Below are positions 1-7,947 of a DNA stretch of 24,000 nt, in pieces (position 1 is the first letter of the stretch; every line of letters starts with the position of its first letter). The notes beneath the pieces are model-generated. The model was not told where the DNA came from. It saw only the letters and a list, made by a program, of their open reading frames with translations, and made no database searches. A program made the position numbers and the translations under genes. Where the stretch lies: contig JAHKLT010000055.1 in the NCBI GenBank assembly GCA_020854915.1, forward strand, positions 1 to 24,000, given 5' to 3'. The DNA is from Methanobacteriaceae archaeon (GTDB lineage: Archaea > Methanobacteriota > Methanobacteria > Methanobacteriales > Methanobacteriaceae).

Positions 1-399
1 ATTAATGGTGTTTTTTATACTCGTCAAACTGATTCTAATGGTGTGGCTAAATTAAGTATTAATTTAAATCCTGGAGATTATATTATTACTGTTTATCATC
101 CATTAAATGGTCAAGAATGGAGTAATAATATTACAGTTTTACCAACCTTAAAAGGGGATGATTTAATTACTAAATTTCAATCAGGAGATTATTATCGTGT
201 AAAATTAGTTGATAGTGTTGGTAATCCAATCAAAGGTAAAAATATTACTATGAATATTAATGGTGTTTTTTATGAAAGAGTTACAGATGATGATGGATTT
301 GCAAGACTTAGTATTAATTTAAATCCTAATCATTATATCATAACTGCATATTATGATGGATATTCTACATCAAATAACATTATAGTAAATGAAAAATGA
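1..399 (+). CDS. Adhesin-like protein (ALP), 3' partial; the gene continues upstream of the window
   Basis: Frame 1 is open from base 1 (INGVFYTRQTDSNGVAKLSINLNPGDYIITV...). It contains two copies of the motif 'INGVFY.R.TD..G.A.L.INLNP..YIIT' found at the C-termini of the other ALP genes in this window. Stop codon TGA at 397-399. Confidence 0.8.
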   Translation: MNGVFYTRQTDSNGVAKLSINLNPGDYIITVYHPLNGQEWSNNITVLPTLKGDDLITKFQSGDYYRVKLVDSVGNPIKGKNITMNINGVFYERVTDDDGFARLSINLNPNHYIITAYYDGYSTSNNIIVNEK

Positions 400-457
400 T
401 ATCATTAAGTATTCATAAATATTGTATATACATAAGTTTATTATGAGGAAAATAATT

Positions 458-1306
458 ATGTTTGAATTTTTAACGCAAGGTTTATGGGAAGGAATTTTAC
501 CAATAATTAATGTTCTGCAAAATGGAGGAATTATTAGTTATGTAATTCTTTTAATTGGAATATATGGTACTATTATTTCTATTCAAAAAATATTATATCT
601 AAGAAGAATTAATAAAGTGGATGCTACTGAAATTTTTGATATTGTAACTGTTTCTATGGAAAAGGGAGGAGTTATTGAAGCATTAAAACAAATCAATGAA
701 TTTAAAAATCCTGTTTCTCAAATTATTTCAGAAGCTTTAAAAATTGGTTATAAAAATAAATCTGAAGTTGAAGAAAGTATGGAGCAGATTTTTATTGTTG
801 AACTTGCTAAAATGACTAAAAATTTAGGTACAATTAAAACTATAACTGAACTTGCTCCTTTTTTAGGATTGATTGGTACAGTTGTTGGTATATGGCTTAC
901 TTTTAGATCATTGGGTGTTAGTCCTGATACAGCTTTAATGGCTGAAGGTATTTATGTGGCTTTGACAACTACCATTGTAGGTTTAACAGTAGCTATTATA
1001 TTATTACCTTTGTATAACTATATTCAGGGATTGGTTGAACAAGAAATGGATAAAATTGAATTAGCTACAAAAATGACTAATTGGGGTTATGCTGTTGCTA
1101 AATTAAGAATTGAATCTAATGTTGAATGTGCATTAGAATCTCTTCAAGATGCTGAAGGTATTGTAAACACTAGAAAAATATCAGATCCATATGCCAATGT
1201 TCAAGTCTCATTTAAACCAAACATGCTTACTAAAAGTTTAAGCAATATTATTTTAGAAAAATGTAATATCTCTTCTGAGATAACAGAAAGTAAACTTAAA
1301 CAATAA
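458..1306 (+). CDS. MotA/TolQ/ExbB-family proton-channel protein with an additional roughly 85-aa C-terminal domain
   Basis: Three hydrophobic helices (ISYVILLIGIYGTIISI; LAPFLGLIGTVVGIWLTF; IYVALTTTIVGLTVAIILLPL) in the ExbB/TolQ arrangement, with a family-like 'PFLGLIGTV.G' motif. Start ATG 458 is preferred because GAGGA lies 8 nt upstream. Alternative in-frame starts are ATG 443 and TTG 422. Confidence 0.8.
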   Translation: MFEFLTQGLWEGILPIINVLQNGGIISYVILLIGIYGTIISIQKILYLRRINKVDATEIFDIVTVSMEKGGVIEALKQINEFKNPVSQIISEALKIGYKNKSEVEESMEQIFIVELAKMTKNLGTIKTITELAPFLGLIGTVVGIWLTFRSLGVSPDTALMAEGIYVALTTTIVGLTVAIILLPLYNYIQGLVEQEMDKIELATKMTNWGYAVAKLRIESNVECALESLQDAEGIVNTRKISDPYANVQVSFKPNMLTKSLSNIILEKCNISSEITESKLKQ

Positions 1307-1315
1307 GGTGATTTT

Positions 1316-1723
1316 ATGCTTAGAGATATTAAATCTCATAAAAAAAAGATTGCAGAACAAAAACCAAATTTTAATTTAGTACCTTTCATTGATATAATAT
1401 TTACATTATTGATATTTTTAGTTTTAACAAGTAACTTTGGGGATGTTAACTCTGATGTTGGAGCTATTGATAATGGAACAGGTACTGGTAAACCTAATGT
1501 AACTGATACATCTGGAAATAATGAATATTTTATTGTTCCAGTTCATAATTTAGAAAAAGTAACTGTTGATGGTCAAGATATGTCTCATTTAATTAAAAAT
1601 GATGCTATTGGTATTCAGGCCAAGGTTATAGATGAGGGGGAAGTTAATACTAAAAAAGGCCAAATAGATATAATTACTCCTTCAGGAATATCTCCAAATG
1701 AGGCTGTTAAAACGCCTCAATAA
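1316..1723 (+). CDS. ExbD/TolR-family biopolymer transport protein
   Basis: N-terminal 'FNLVPFIDIIFTLLIFLVL' matches the ExbD/TolR single TM helix with the conserved Asp. AAGGTGAT Shine-Dalgarno lies just upstream. The gene starts 9 nt after the exbB-like stop, so it looks like an operon partner. Confidence 0.75.
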   Translation: MLRDIKSHKKKIAEQKPNFNLVPFIDIIFTLLIFLVLTSNFGDVNSDVGAIDNGTGTGKPNVTDTSGNNEYFIVPVHNLEKVTVDGQDMSHLIKNDAIGIQAKVIDEGEVNTKKGQIDIITPSGISPNEAVKTPQ

Positions 1724-1747
1724 TTTTTATTTTTAGGAGGGATAAAA

Positions 1748-2377
1748 TTGTATATTGGTAGGATTGTATCACTTGGAATGAATAATAAAGGAAAACCTTT
1801 TGTTGCTTATAGAGTTTCTAGTAGGTCGTTTCCAAGTAGACAATGTAAATCTTTTGAAGATAAAGCAGCTATTATTCCAAAAGAAGGACATGAAAAAGAT
1901 ATTTTTGAAAATGCATATATAGCTTATAATTGCATTAGAATTGTTAATGATATGGCTATTGTATCTAATGGTTCTCATACAGATGTTATAGCTGATAAAA
2001 TTTCTGTAGGGATGAATATTAAAGATGCCATTGCATATTCTTTACTTACAATGGATTATGAAAAAGATGATTATGATACTCCCAGGATTGCAGGGGTTGT
2101 AAGTTCTGATAATACTAAAGAAAAATATGAATCTTATATTGGCATAGTTACAAATAAAAAAATCTTAGTTGAAGAAGTTCCATATGGTTCTGCATCTTTT
2201 ATTTCAACTTATGGTTCCTCAACACCAGAAAAAGTTGATTTTGATGCTAATGATTCTAAAGAAGTTGCTCAATTAATTTTTGATGGTGGGAAATTTGCTG
2301 AGTTTGAAAAACCTGTAACATCTGTTGGGGCAGTATTTGATGATAAATGGTCAATTAAAACATTAAATCCCGAGTGA
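1748..2377 (+). CDS. purO: Archaeal IMP cyclohydrolase (PurO)
   Basis: N-terminus [31 protein letters not shown] is the characteristic PurO start (MY.GRI...G). Length is about 200 aa. TTG start is preceded by AGGAGGGA. Confidence 0.85.
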   Translation: MYIGRIVSLGMNNKGKPFVAYRVSSRSFPSRQCKSFEDKAAIIPKEGHEKDIFENAYIAYNCIRIVNDMAIVSNGSHTDVIADKISVGMNIKDAIAYSLLTMDYEKDDYDTPRIAGVVSSDNTKEKYESYIGIVTNKKILVEEVPYGSASFISTYGSSTPEKVDFDANDSKEVAQLIFDGGKFAEFEKPVTSVGAVFDDKWSIKTLNPE

Positions 2378-2381
2378 TATT

Positions 2382-3146
2382 ATGGTATTAAAATTATACG
2401 GTCTTAAAACAATACCTTTAGTTAATAAGGGTGATGATATAGCATCACTTGTCATTGATGCTTTGAATAATGAAAATAAATCTTTACAACATGGAGATAT
2501 TATTTTAATAGCTGAAACATTAGTTTCTAAAGCTGAAGGAAATGTTATTCATATTGGAGATATTATACCTTCTGAAGAGTCTGTTATTATAGCTCAAAAA
2601 TCTAATAAAGATTCTAAACTTGTTGAAGCTATTATTCAAGAATCTCGAGAAGTTGTTGAAGTAGGGGATGATTTTATTATTACTGAAACTAAACATGGTT
2701 TTGTTTGTGCAAATTCAGGAATAGATGAATCTAATGTTCAAGAAGGCCTTGCTACTCCTATGCCTGAAGATGCAGATAATTCTGCAAAAATTATAAGAGA
2801 ATCTTTAGAAAAAAAATTTGAAACAGAACTTTCTGTTATAGTTACAGACACCCAAGGAAGAGCTTTTCGTAATGGTGCATTAGGTGTAGCTATTGGATGT
2901 TCTGGAATTAATCCTTTATGGGATAGATCTGGTGAAAAAGATTTATATGATTGTGAATTAAAAACTACTGAAATTGCTGTAGCTGATGAATTAGCTGCTT
3001 CTGCTTCACTTCTAATGGGTCAGGCAGATGAAGGTATTCCGATTGTAATTGTTAGAGGTTACAAAAACTTTGATTATTTGAGGAATGTTGACTCTAATAT
3101 TAATCCAATTTTAAGAGATAAAAGCTCAGATGTTTTTAGAAATTAA
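2382..3146 (+). CDS. cofE: Coenzyme F420-0:L-glutamate ligase (CofE)
   Basis: About 250 aa with CofE-like motifs (ETLVSKAEG; VCANSGIDESN; VTDTQGRAFRNG; ADELAAS). Confidence 0.85.
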   Translation: MVLKLYGLKTIPLVNKGDDIASLVIDALNNENKSLQHGDIILIAETLVSKAEGNVIHIGDIIPSEESVIIAQKSNKDSKLVEAIIQESREVVEVGDDFIITETKHGFVCANSGIDESNVQEGLATPMPEDADNSAKIIRESLEKKFETELSVIVTDTQGRAFRNGALGVAIGCSGINPLWDRSGEKDLYDCELKTTEIAVADELAASASLLMGQADEGIPIVIVRGYKNFDYLRNVDSNINPILRDKSSDVFRN

Positions 3147-3180
3147 ATAATTTCTAAATTATTTTCTTTTTAATTTTTTT
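3145..3180 (+). terminator. AT-only hairpin plus T-tracts after cofE
   Basis: AAATAATTT (3145-3153) / AAATTATTT (3157-3165) form a perfect 9-bp inverted repeat with a 3-nt loop. It is followed by tctttttaattttttt; archaeal termination uses oligo-T. Confidence 0.35.
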
Positions 3181-3261
3181 ATTTAACTTAATTTCTTTTT
3201 TAAATCTTAATAAGTCTTTTTTATATTAATATTTCTTATTTTTCTAATTAAATTAAAAATT

Positions 3262-3305
3262 TATTTTTTCAAGAGAAGTTTTCTTAATTAATACTCTTTC
3301 TTTTC
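3262..3305 (+). promoter_or_regulatory. Recurrent ALP-leader motif, copy A
   Basis: tttattttttcaagagaagttttcttaattaatACTCTTTCttttc, about 90 nt upstream of the ALP start at 3390. It is related to copies at 8708-8755 and 10224-10271. A second shared block, AAACTT(TT)CAATAAA..CTTA, occurs at about 3331-3352 and about 10301-10320. Confidence 0.45.
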
Positions 3306-3389
3306 TTATAAAGTTATGTAGATTTTTTTTAAACTTCAATAAAAAAACTTAAATTACTATCAAATAATATTATATTAGGTGTTAAAATC

Positions 3390-5174
3390 ATGAAAAATTT
3401 TTTTTATATATTTTTCTTGTTAATATTTTCATTGTCAATAGCTAGTGTTCAAGCAAGTGATGATTTAGAATTTTATGATTTAAATAATGTTGAAGAAAAT
3501 GATGAAAATATTATTCAAGAAACTAATGCAAATGAAGATCCTCTTAGTTTCCAAGATTTACAAAAGTCAATAAAAGAAGTAAAGGATGGTGGATCTCTTG
3601 GACTTGGAAAAGGATTTAAAGTAAAAGATTATGAAAGAAATGCTTTTAAAGAAGGTATTGTCATTGATAAACCTATCACTATTTATGGAAATGGCCATAC
3701 AATTGATGGTGATAATCAGGTTAGATTGTTTAAAATTACTGGAAATAATGTTACTTTGAAAAATCTAAATTTAATTAATGGTTTATCTGATAATGGTGGG
3801 GCAATATATGCTTCAGGCAATGGAATTTCAATAGAAAATTGTACTTTGAAAGATAATAATGCTAATGAAAATGGTGGCGCAGTATATAACAACAATGGTT
3901 ATAGTTTTATAGTTAGTTATAATACTATCTTTGAAAATAACACTGCACAATCTAATGGTGGGGCAATTTATAATTCAGGAATAAATTTTAAAATAATTGG
4001 AGATAATATATTTAAATATAACAAAGCTATTAAGTCTGATGGAGGAGTAATTTATAATACTGGTGATTCGTTATTAATTAATGGTTATAATACTTTTATT
4101 AATAATAATGCTAAAAATTATGGTGGAGCAATTTATAATAAAGGTAAAAATTCTCAAATTAATGGAAATAATAGCTTTTGGTATAATGAAGCACTTAATG
4201 GTGGATCCATATACAATAATAATCTTTTTTTAATAAATTCAAGTAATTTCATGTTTAACGAGGCTAAAGATGGTAAAGATATATATAATGATATAAGTGG
4301 TGATTTAAATATCATTAATTCAGTTTTTAATAATATTATTTATAATAAAGGAAAATTATTCCAAGAAAACAATACATCTATAGGTAATTTATCAATATTT
4401 AATACTAATCTACTTGTTAATGATGTTAGCATGTTTTATTTAGATGGTACAAAACTTGAAATCTGTTTAACAGATATTAATAATAATTCTGTTGTTAATC
4501 AAACCATAAAAATTTGTATAAATGGTAAATGGTATTATAGGGTTACAGATTCTAAAGGTTATTGTTATATGAATTTAAATTTAAATCCAGGTAAATATGA
4601 TATTACTGCACTCTTTGATGGTACACCTAGTTTTGCTAAATCTTTTAAAAATTCAACTATGGTCATTAAAACTTTAATTTATGGTGAAGATATTGTAATG
4701 TATTATAAAGATGGAACTAGATATAAAGCTCAATTTTTAGCTAGTGATGGGAGTCCATTGAAAAATAAAGAAGTTTCTTTTAATGTTAATGGTGTTTTTT
4801 ATAAACGTACTACTGATGAAAATGGATTTGCATTTTTAAATATTAATTTATATCCTAAAGAGTACATTATTACAGCTATTCATCCAAACGGATTAATGGA
4901 ATCTAATAAGATTGTAATTTCAACAAGGTTATATGCAAATAATGTAAGTATGTCATCAAATAATAGAAAAACCTATGATGTTCATTTATTAGATACTTCA
5001 GGTAATCCTTTAGCAAATAAACTTATAACCATTAATATTCATGGTGTTTTTTATTACAAAAATACTGATTCAAATGGTATTGCAAGGTTAAATATTAATT
5101 TAAACCCAGGTACTTACATTGCAACAGCTTACTATGAAGATTATGCAAGTTCAAATAATGTTACTGTAATTTAA
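3390..5174 (+). CDS. Adhesin-like surface protein: signal peptide, Pmp-type (GGAIYN) beta-helix repeats and three C-terminal Ig-like cassettes
   Basis: N-terminal signal peptide MKNFFYIFFLLIFSLSIASVQA. Six 'GG[AVS][IV]Y' repeats (NGGAIYASG, NGGAVYNNN, NGGAIYNSG, DGGVIYNTG, YGGAIYNKG, NGGSIYNNN) lie between about 3790 and 4215. Three C-terminal cassettes follow. AGGTG Shine-Dalgarno lies upstream of the ATG. Confidence 0.85.
   Translation: MKNFFYIFFLLIFSLSIASVQASDDLEFYDLNNVEENDENIIQETNANEDPLSFQDLQKSIKEVKDGGSLGLGKGFKVKDYERNAFKEGIVIDKPITIYGNGHTIDGDNQVRLFKITGNNVTLKNLNLINGLSDNGGAIYASGNGISIENCTLKDNNANENGGAVYNNNGYSFIVSYNTIFENNTAQSNGGAIYNSGINFKIIGDNIFKYNKAIKSDGGVIYNTGDSLLINGYNTFINNNAKNYGGAIYNKGKNSQINGNNSFWYNEALNGGSIYNNNLFLINSSNFMFNEAKDGKDIYNDISGDLNIINSVFNNIIYNKGKLFQENNTSIGNLSIFNTNLLVNDVSMFYLDGTKLEICLTDINNNSVVNQTIKICINGKWYYRVTDSKGYCYMNLNLNPGKYDITALFDGTPSFAKSFKNSTMVIKTLIYGEDIVMYYKDGTRYKAQFLASDGSPLKNKEVSFNVNGVFYKRTTDENGFAFLNINLYPKEYIITAIHPNGLMESNKIVISTRLYANNVSMSSNNRKTYDVHLLDTSGNPLANKLITINIHGVFYYKNTDSNGIARLNINLNPGTYIATAYYEDYASSNNVTVI
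4413..5171 (+). repeat. Three tandem roughly 80-85-aa ALP C-terminal cassettes (coding repeat)
   Basis: MFYLDGTKLE...NLNLNPGKYDITA; MYYKDGTRYK...NVNGVFYKRTTDENGFAFLNINLYPKEYIITA; ...NIHGVFYYKNTDSNGIARLNINLNPGTYIATA. Confidence 0.75.
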
Positions 5175-5179
5175 TTTTT

Positions 5180-5218
5180 AAATTCTTTTTTTAAAGAATT
5201 TAACTTATTTTTTTTTTT
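5180..5218 (+). terminator. Hairpin plus long T-run after the ALP gene
   Basis: AAATTCTTT (5180-5188) / AAAGAATTT (5193-5201) form a perfect 9-bp stem with a TTTT loop. A run of about 12 T follows at 5207-5218. Confidence 0.45.
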
Positions 5219-5287
5219 AATCATAAGATTTATATCTTATTTTTTACATATCTTATTAATAAATTATAGCTATTTTATGGTGTTTTT

Positions 5288-6202
5288 ATGATTACAGTAT
5301 TATCTGGAGGAACTGGAACTCCTAAACTATTACAAGGTTTAAAAAATGTTTATGACTCTTCAAAAATTAATATTATTGTGAATACTTTAGAAAATGATTA
5401 TTTTTCTGGTCTTTATGTATCTCCTGATATTGATACAGTTTTATATACTATGTCAGATATGATAAACGATGGGACTTGGTATGGAGTAAAAGACGATACT
5501 TTTGTAACTCATGATAAACTTAATGAATTAGGATGTAATGAGTTACTTAAAATAGGTGATATTGATAGAAGTACTAAAATACAGAAGACACTTTTAATGG
5601 AAAATCATAGTTTGTCTGAAGCAGTAAATATTCAGTCATCAAAAATGAAAATTAATTCAAAGATAATACCTATGAGTAATGAAGACTCCGATGTAAAAAT
5701 AATTACAGATATTGGAGAGTTAGATTTCCATGATTTTTTAATTAAACATAAAAGTGAGCCTATAGTTGAAGATATTAATTTTTCTAATGTTAATCCATCT
5801 CCAGACTTAATTGAAACTATTGAAAATTCTGAAGGAGTCATTATTGGTCCATCTAATCCTATAACATCAATTTTACCTATTATTTCTATTAAAGGTGTTA
5901 AGAACGTATTGAAAAATAGCTATGTAATAGCTGTTTCTCCATTTATTGGTAAAAATGCTTTTTCAGGCCCAGCTTCTAAATTCATGAATGCATTAAATTA
6001 TGATGCTTCAGCTATGGGTGTTGGAGAAATTTATAAAGATTTTTTAGATGCTTTTTACATTGATAATAAAGATGCTGAATTTAAAAATGATTTAGAAAAA
6101 ATTATTGATGAAGTTAATCTAAGTAATATTTATTTTAAAAATTTTCATGATAAAGAGAAGTTAGCTAAAGATATTTTAGGGAAAATATTTAATAAGTATT
6201 AG
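5288..6202 (+). CDS. cofD: 2-phospho-L-lactate transferase (CofD), F420 biosynthesis
   Basis: N-terminus MITVLSGGTGTPKLLQGL is the hallmark CofD/YvcK start. Length is about 300 aa. Contains the 'IIGPSNPITSI' motif. Confidence 0.88.
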   Translation: MITVLSGGTGTPKLLQGLKNVYDSSKINIIVNTLENDYFSGLYVSPDIDTVLYTMSDMINDGTWYGVKDDTFVTHDKLNELGCNELLKIGDIDRSTKIQKTLLMENHSLSEAVNIQSSKMKINSKIIPMSNEDSDVKIITDIGELDFHDFLIKHKSEPIVEDINFSNVNPSPDLIETIENSEGVIIGPSNPITSILPIISIKGVKNVLKNSYVIAVSPFIGKNAFSGPASKFMNALNYDASAMGVGEIYKDFLDAFYIDNKDAEFKNDLEKIIDEVNLSNIYFKNFHDKEKLAKDILGKIFNKY

Positions 6203-6257
6203 AATAAATTAAAATTATTAATTATACAGTTGCTCATTATTTTTTTGGTGGCTTAAT

Positions 6258-7019
6258 ATGATACAAATGACATTAATACAAATTGATAATTATGGTCCTT
6301 GGACTGTTACACCAAGACCAAGAAATGAATCAGACCTTCAAATTTTGCAAGCAGAGCTATTTGCTGATTTACAAAAGCAAATAGCTACTAAAAAAGGTCT
6401 AGTATTTTATACAAGATTTGATAATTTACTTGCTATTACTAATGGATTAGATGAAGAAGATCATTTAAGAATTCAAAGATCTATTAGAAATAGATATCCT
6501 ATAACTGTTAGTATGGGTGTTGGAACAGCAAAAACTCCTCATGAAGCTCAAAAATTAGCTACATTAGCATTACAGAATTCAGGTGGCGCACAATCATCTG
6601 AACGTATGGAAATTTTAGCTATTGATTCTCTTGTTTCTAAAGAAGATAGCTATGTTCAAGTTGCTCATATTGATATTAATAGCTGCACAGAAAAATTAAC
6701 GGATATAGAATCTGCTTTTGATACTAATTTCATGGTTAATAAGGCGCAACATTATTTAATGACTAAATTAATTAAAAAAGGTTCTTTATTGTTTTTTATT
6801 GGTGGAGATAATTTTATGGCTCCTTGCAATGGATTAAGTGAAGGGGAAATTGAAGAAATTTTAAAAGATATTGATGATGAAATTGAAATTGCATTAAAAG
6901 CTGGAATTGGTCGAGGAAACAATGCAGAAGATGCTGCATATATGGCTGATATTGGATTAGAAGAAATTCGTGATTGTAATAACTCTAAATGGATTCATGT
7001 AGTTGAAAAAGAGTATTAA
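6258..7019 (+). CDS. arfA: GTP cyclohydrolase III (archaeal ArfA/Gch3; FAPy-forming, riboflavin/F420 branch)
   Basis: '[24 protein letters not shown]' matches what I remember of the N-terminus of M. jannaschii GTP cyclohydrolase III. Length is about 250 aa. GGTGG Shine-Dalgarno lies upstream. Confidence 0.82.
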   Translation: MIQMTLIQIDNYGPWTVTPRPRNESDLQILQAELFADLQKQIATKKGLVFYTRFDNLLAITNGLDEEDHLRIQRSIRNRYPITVSMGVGTAKTPHEAQKLATLALQNSGGAQSSERMEILAIDSLVSKEDSYVQVAHIDINSCTEKLTDIESAFDTNFMVNKAQHYLMTKLIKKGSLLFFIGGDNFMAPCNGLSEGEIEEILKDIDDEIEIALKAGIGRGNNAEDAAYMADIGLEEIRDCNNSKWIHVVEKEY

Positions 7020-7021
7020 TT

Positions 7022-7741
7022 ATGAAAGTATTAGCTCCAATGGCTGGAATTACTGATTCTGATTTTTTAATTAAGGTAATTCCTTATGGCTTTGATATGG
7101 TAACACTTGGTGGCTATAATCTTGATGATGAGACTTTAAATGCTGCTAAACTGGTATCTAAAAGAGGAAGAAAAGAATTTATTATTCCTATTTATAAAAT
7201 TTATGAATATATTTGTTTTGAAAGTTTTAGAGTTAAAAATTTTAATTCTGAAGTTTTAATATCTGCTAATCTAAGATCTTTAAATCCTGAAAATATTGTA
7301 AAACTAAGTAAAATCAATAGTTTAGATGTAGTTGAAATTAATTGTCATTGTCGCCAAAAAGAATTTATAGATATTGGTTGTGGCCAAGAAATGTTAAAAC
7401 GTGATGATTTAGAAGAATTTATTTCTTATGTAACAAATAATGCTTCTTCTAAAGTTTCTGTTAAAATTCGAGGAAATGTTCTAGGAGTAAATACTTTAGA
7501 AATTGCTGATTTAATTTCATCTTGTGGTGTTGATTATTTACATGTTGATGCTATGAATCCTGAGGTTGATGATGCTGATTTTGACTTATTAAATTCTTTA
7601 GCTAATGAGTTAGATACTTTTATTATTGGAAATAATTCTGTAAACTCTGAAGCTCAAGTTTCAAAAATGCTTGAAACAGGTGTTAATGGATTTTCTATTG
7701 GTAGAGCTATTATTGATGGAAATCTTGATTTTCAAATTTAA
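7022..7741 (+). CDS. Dus-like FMN-type TIM-barrel protein (archaeal NifR3/dihydrouridine-synthase-related family); function unknown
   Basis: 'LAPMAGITDSDF', 'VEINCHCRQKEFIDIGCGQEML', 'VSVKIRG' and 'GFSIGRAII' parallel the Dus motifs LAPMAG.TD / IDIN.GCP...G.G..L / VKIR.G / GVMIGRGA. The ATG lies 2 nt after the arfA stop. Confidence 0.65.
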   Translation: MKVLAPMAGITDSDFLIKVIPYGFDMVTLGGYNLDDETLNAAKLVSKRGRKEFIIPIYKIYEYICFESFRVKNFNSEVLISANLRSLNPENIVKLSKINSLDVVEINCHCRQKEFIDIGCGQEMLKRDDLEEFISYVTNNASSKVSVKIRGNVLGVNTLEIADLISSCGVDYLHVDAMNPEVDDADFDLLNSLANELDTFIIGNNSVNSEAQVSKMLETGVNGFSIGRAIIDGNLDFQI

Positions 7742-7753
7742 ATAATTTTTAAT

Positions 7754-7787
7754 AAAGATTCATTAATTTTTAAAAATTAAAATCTTT
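7754..7787. promoter_or_regulatory. 34-bp near-perfect AT palindrome (terminator-like or operator-like)
   Basis: AAAGATT (7754-7760) pairs with AATCTTT (7781-7787). The inner TTAATTTTT|AAAAATTAA (7763-7780) is perfect, and there is a 2-nt bulge (7761-7762). It lies 13 nt after the stop of the Dus-like gene. Confidence 0.3.
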
Positions 7788-7947
7788 GTTAATTTTTAGG
7801 TATGCATAAATATTTTTTATCTTACTTTTTTTAAAAAATCATGAATATGTATAATAATATTTTAAACTACCAGTATGATTTCTAAATAAAAAGATAAATA
7901 TTTATATTATGAAAAATAAGTATTTAATATAGTTAAATGGTGATAAT

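Noticed and set aside
1769-1978. Minus-strand 69-aa ORF inside purO
   Set aside because: It is fully antisense to a confidently identified gene, with an AT-rich low-complexity translation. It looks like a chance ORF.
5632-5841. Minus-strand 69-aa ORF inside cofD
   Set aside because: It is antisense to cofD, with no Shine-Dalgarno and no recognisable motifs.
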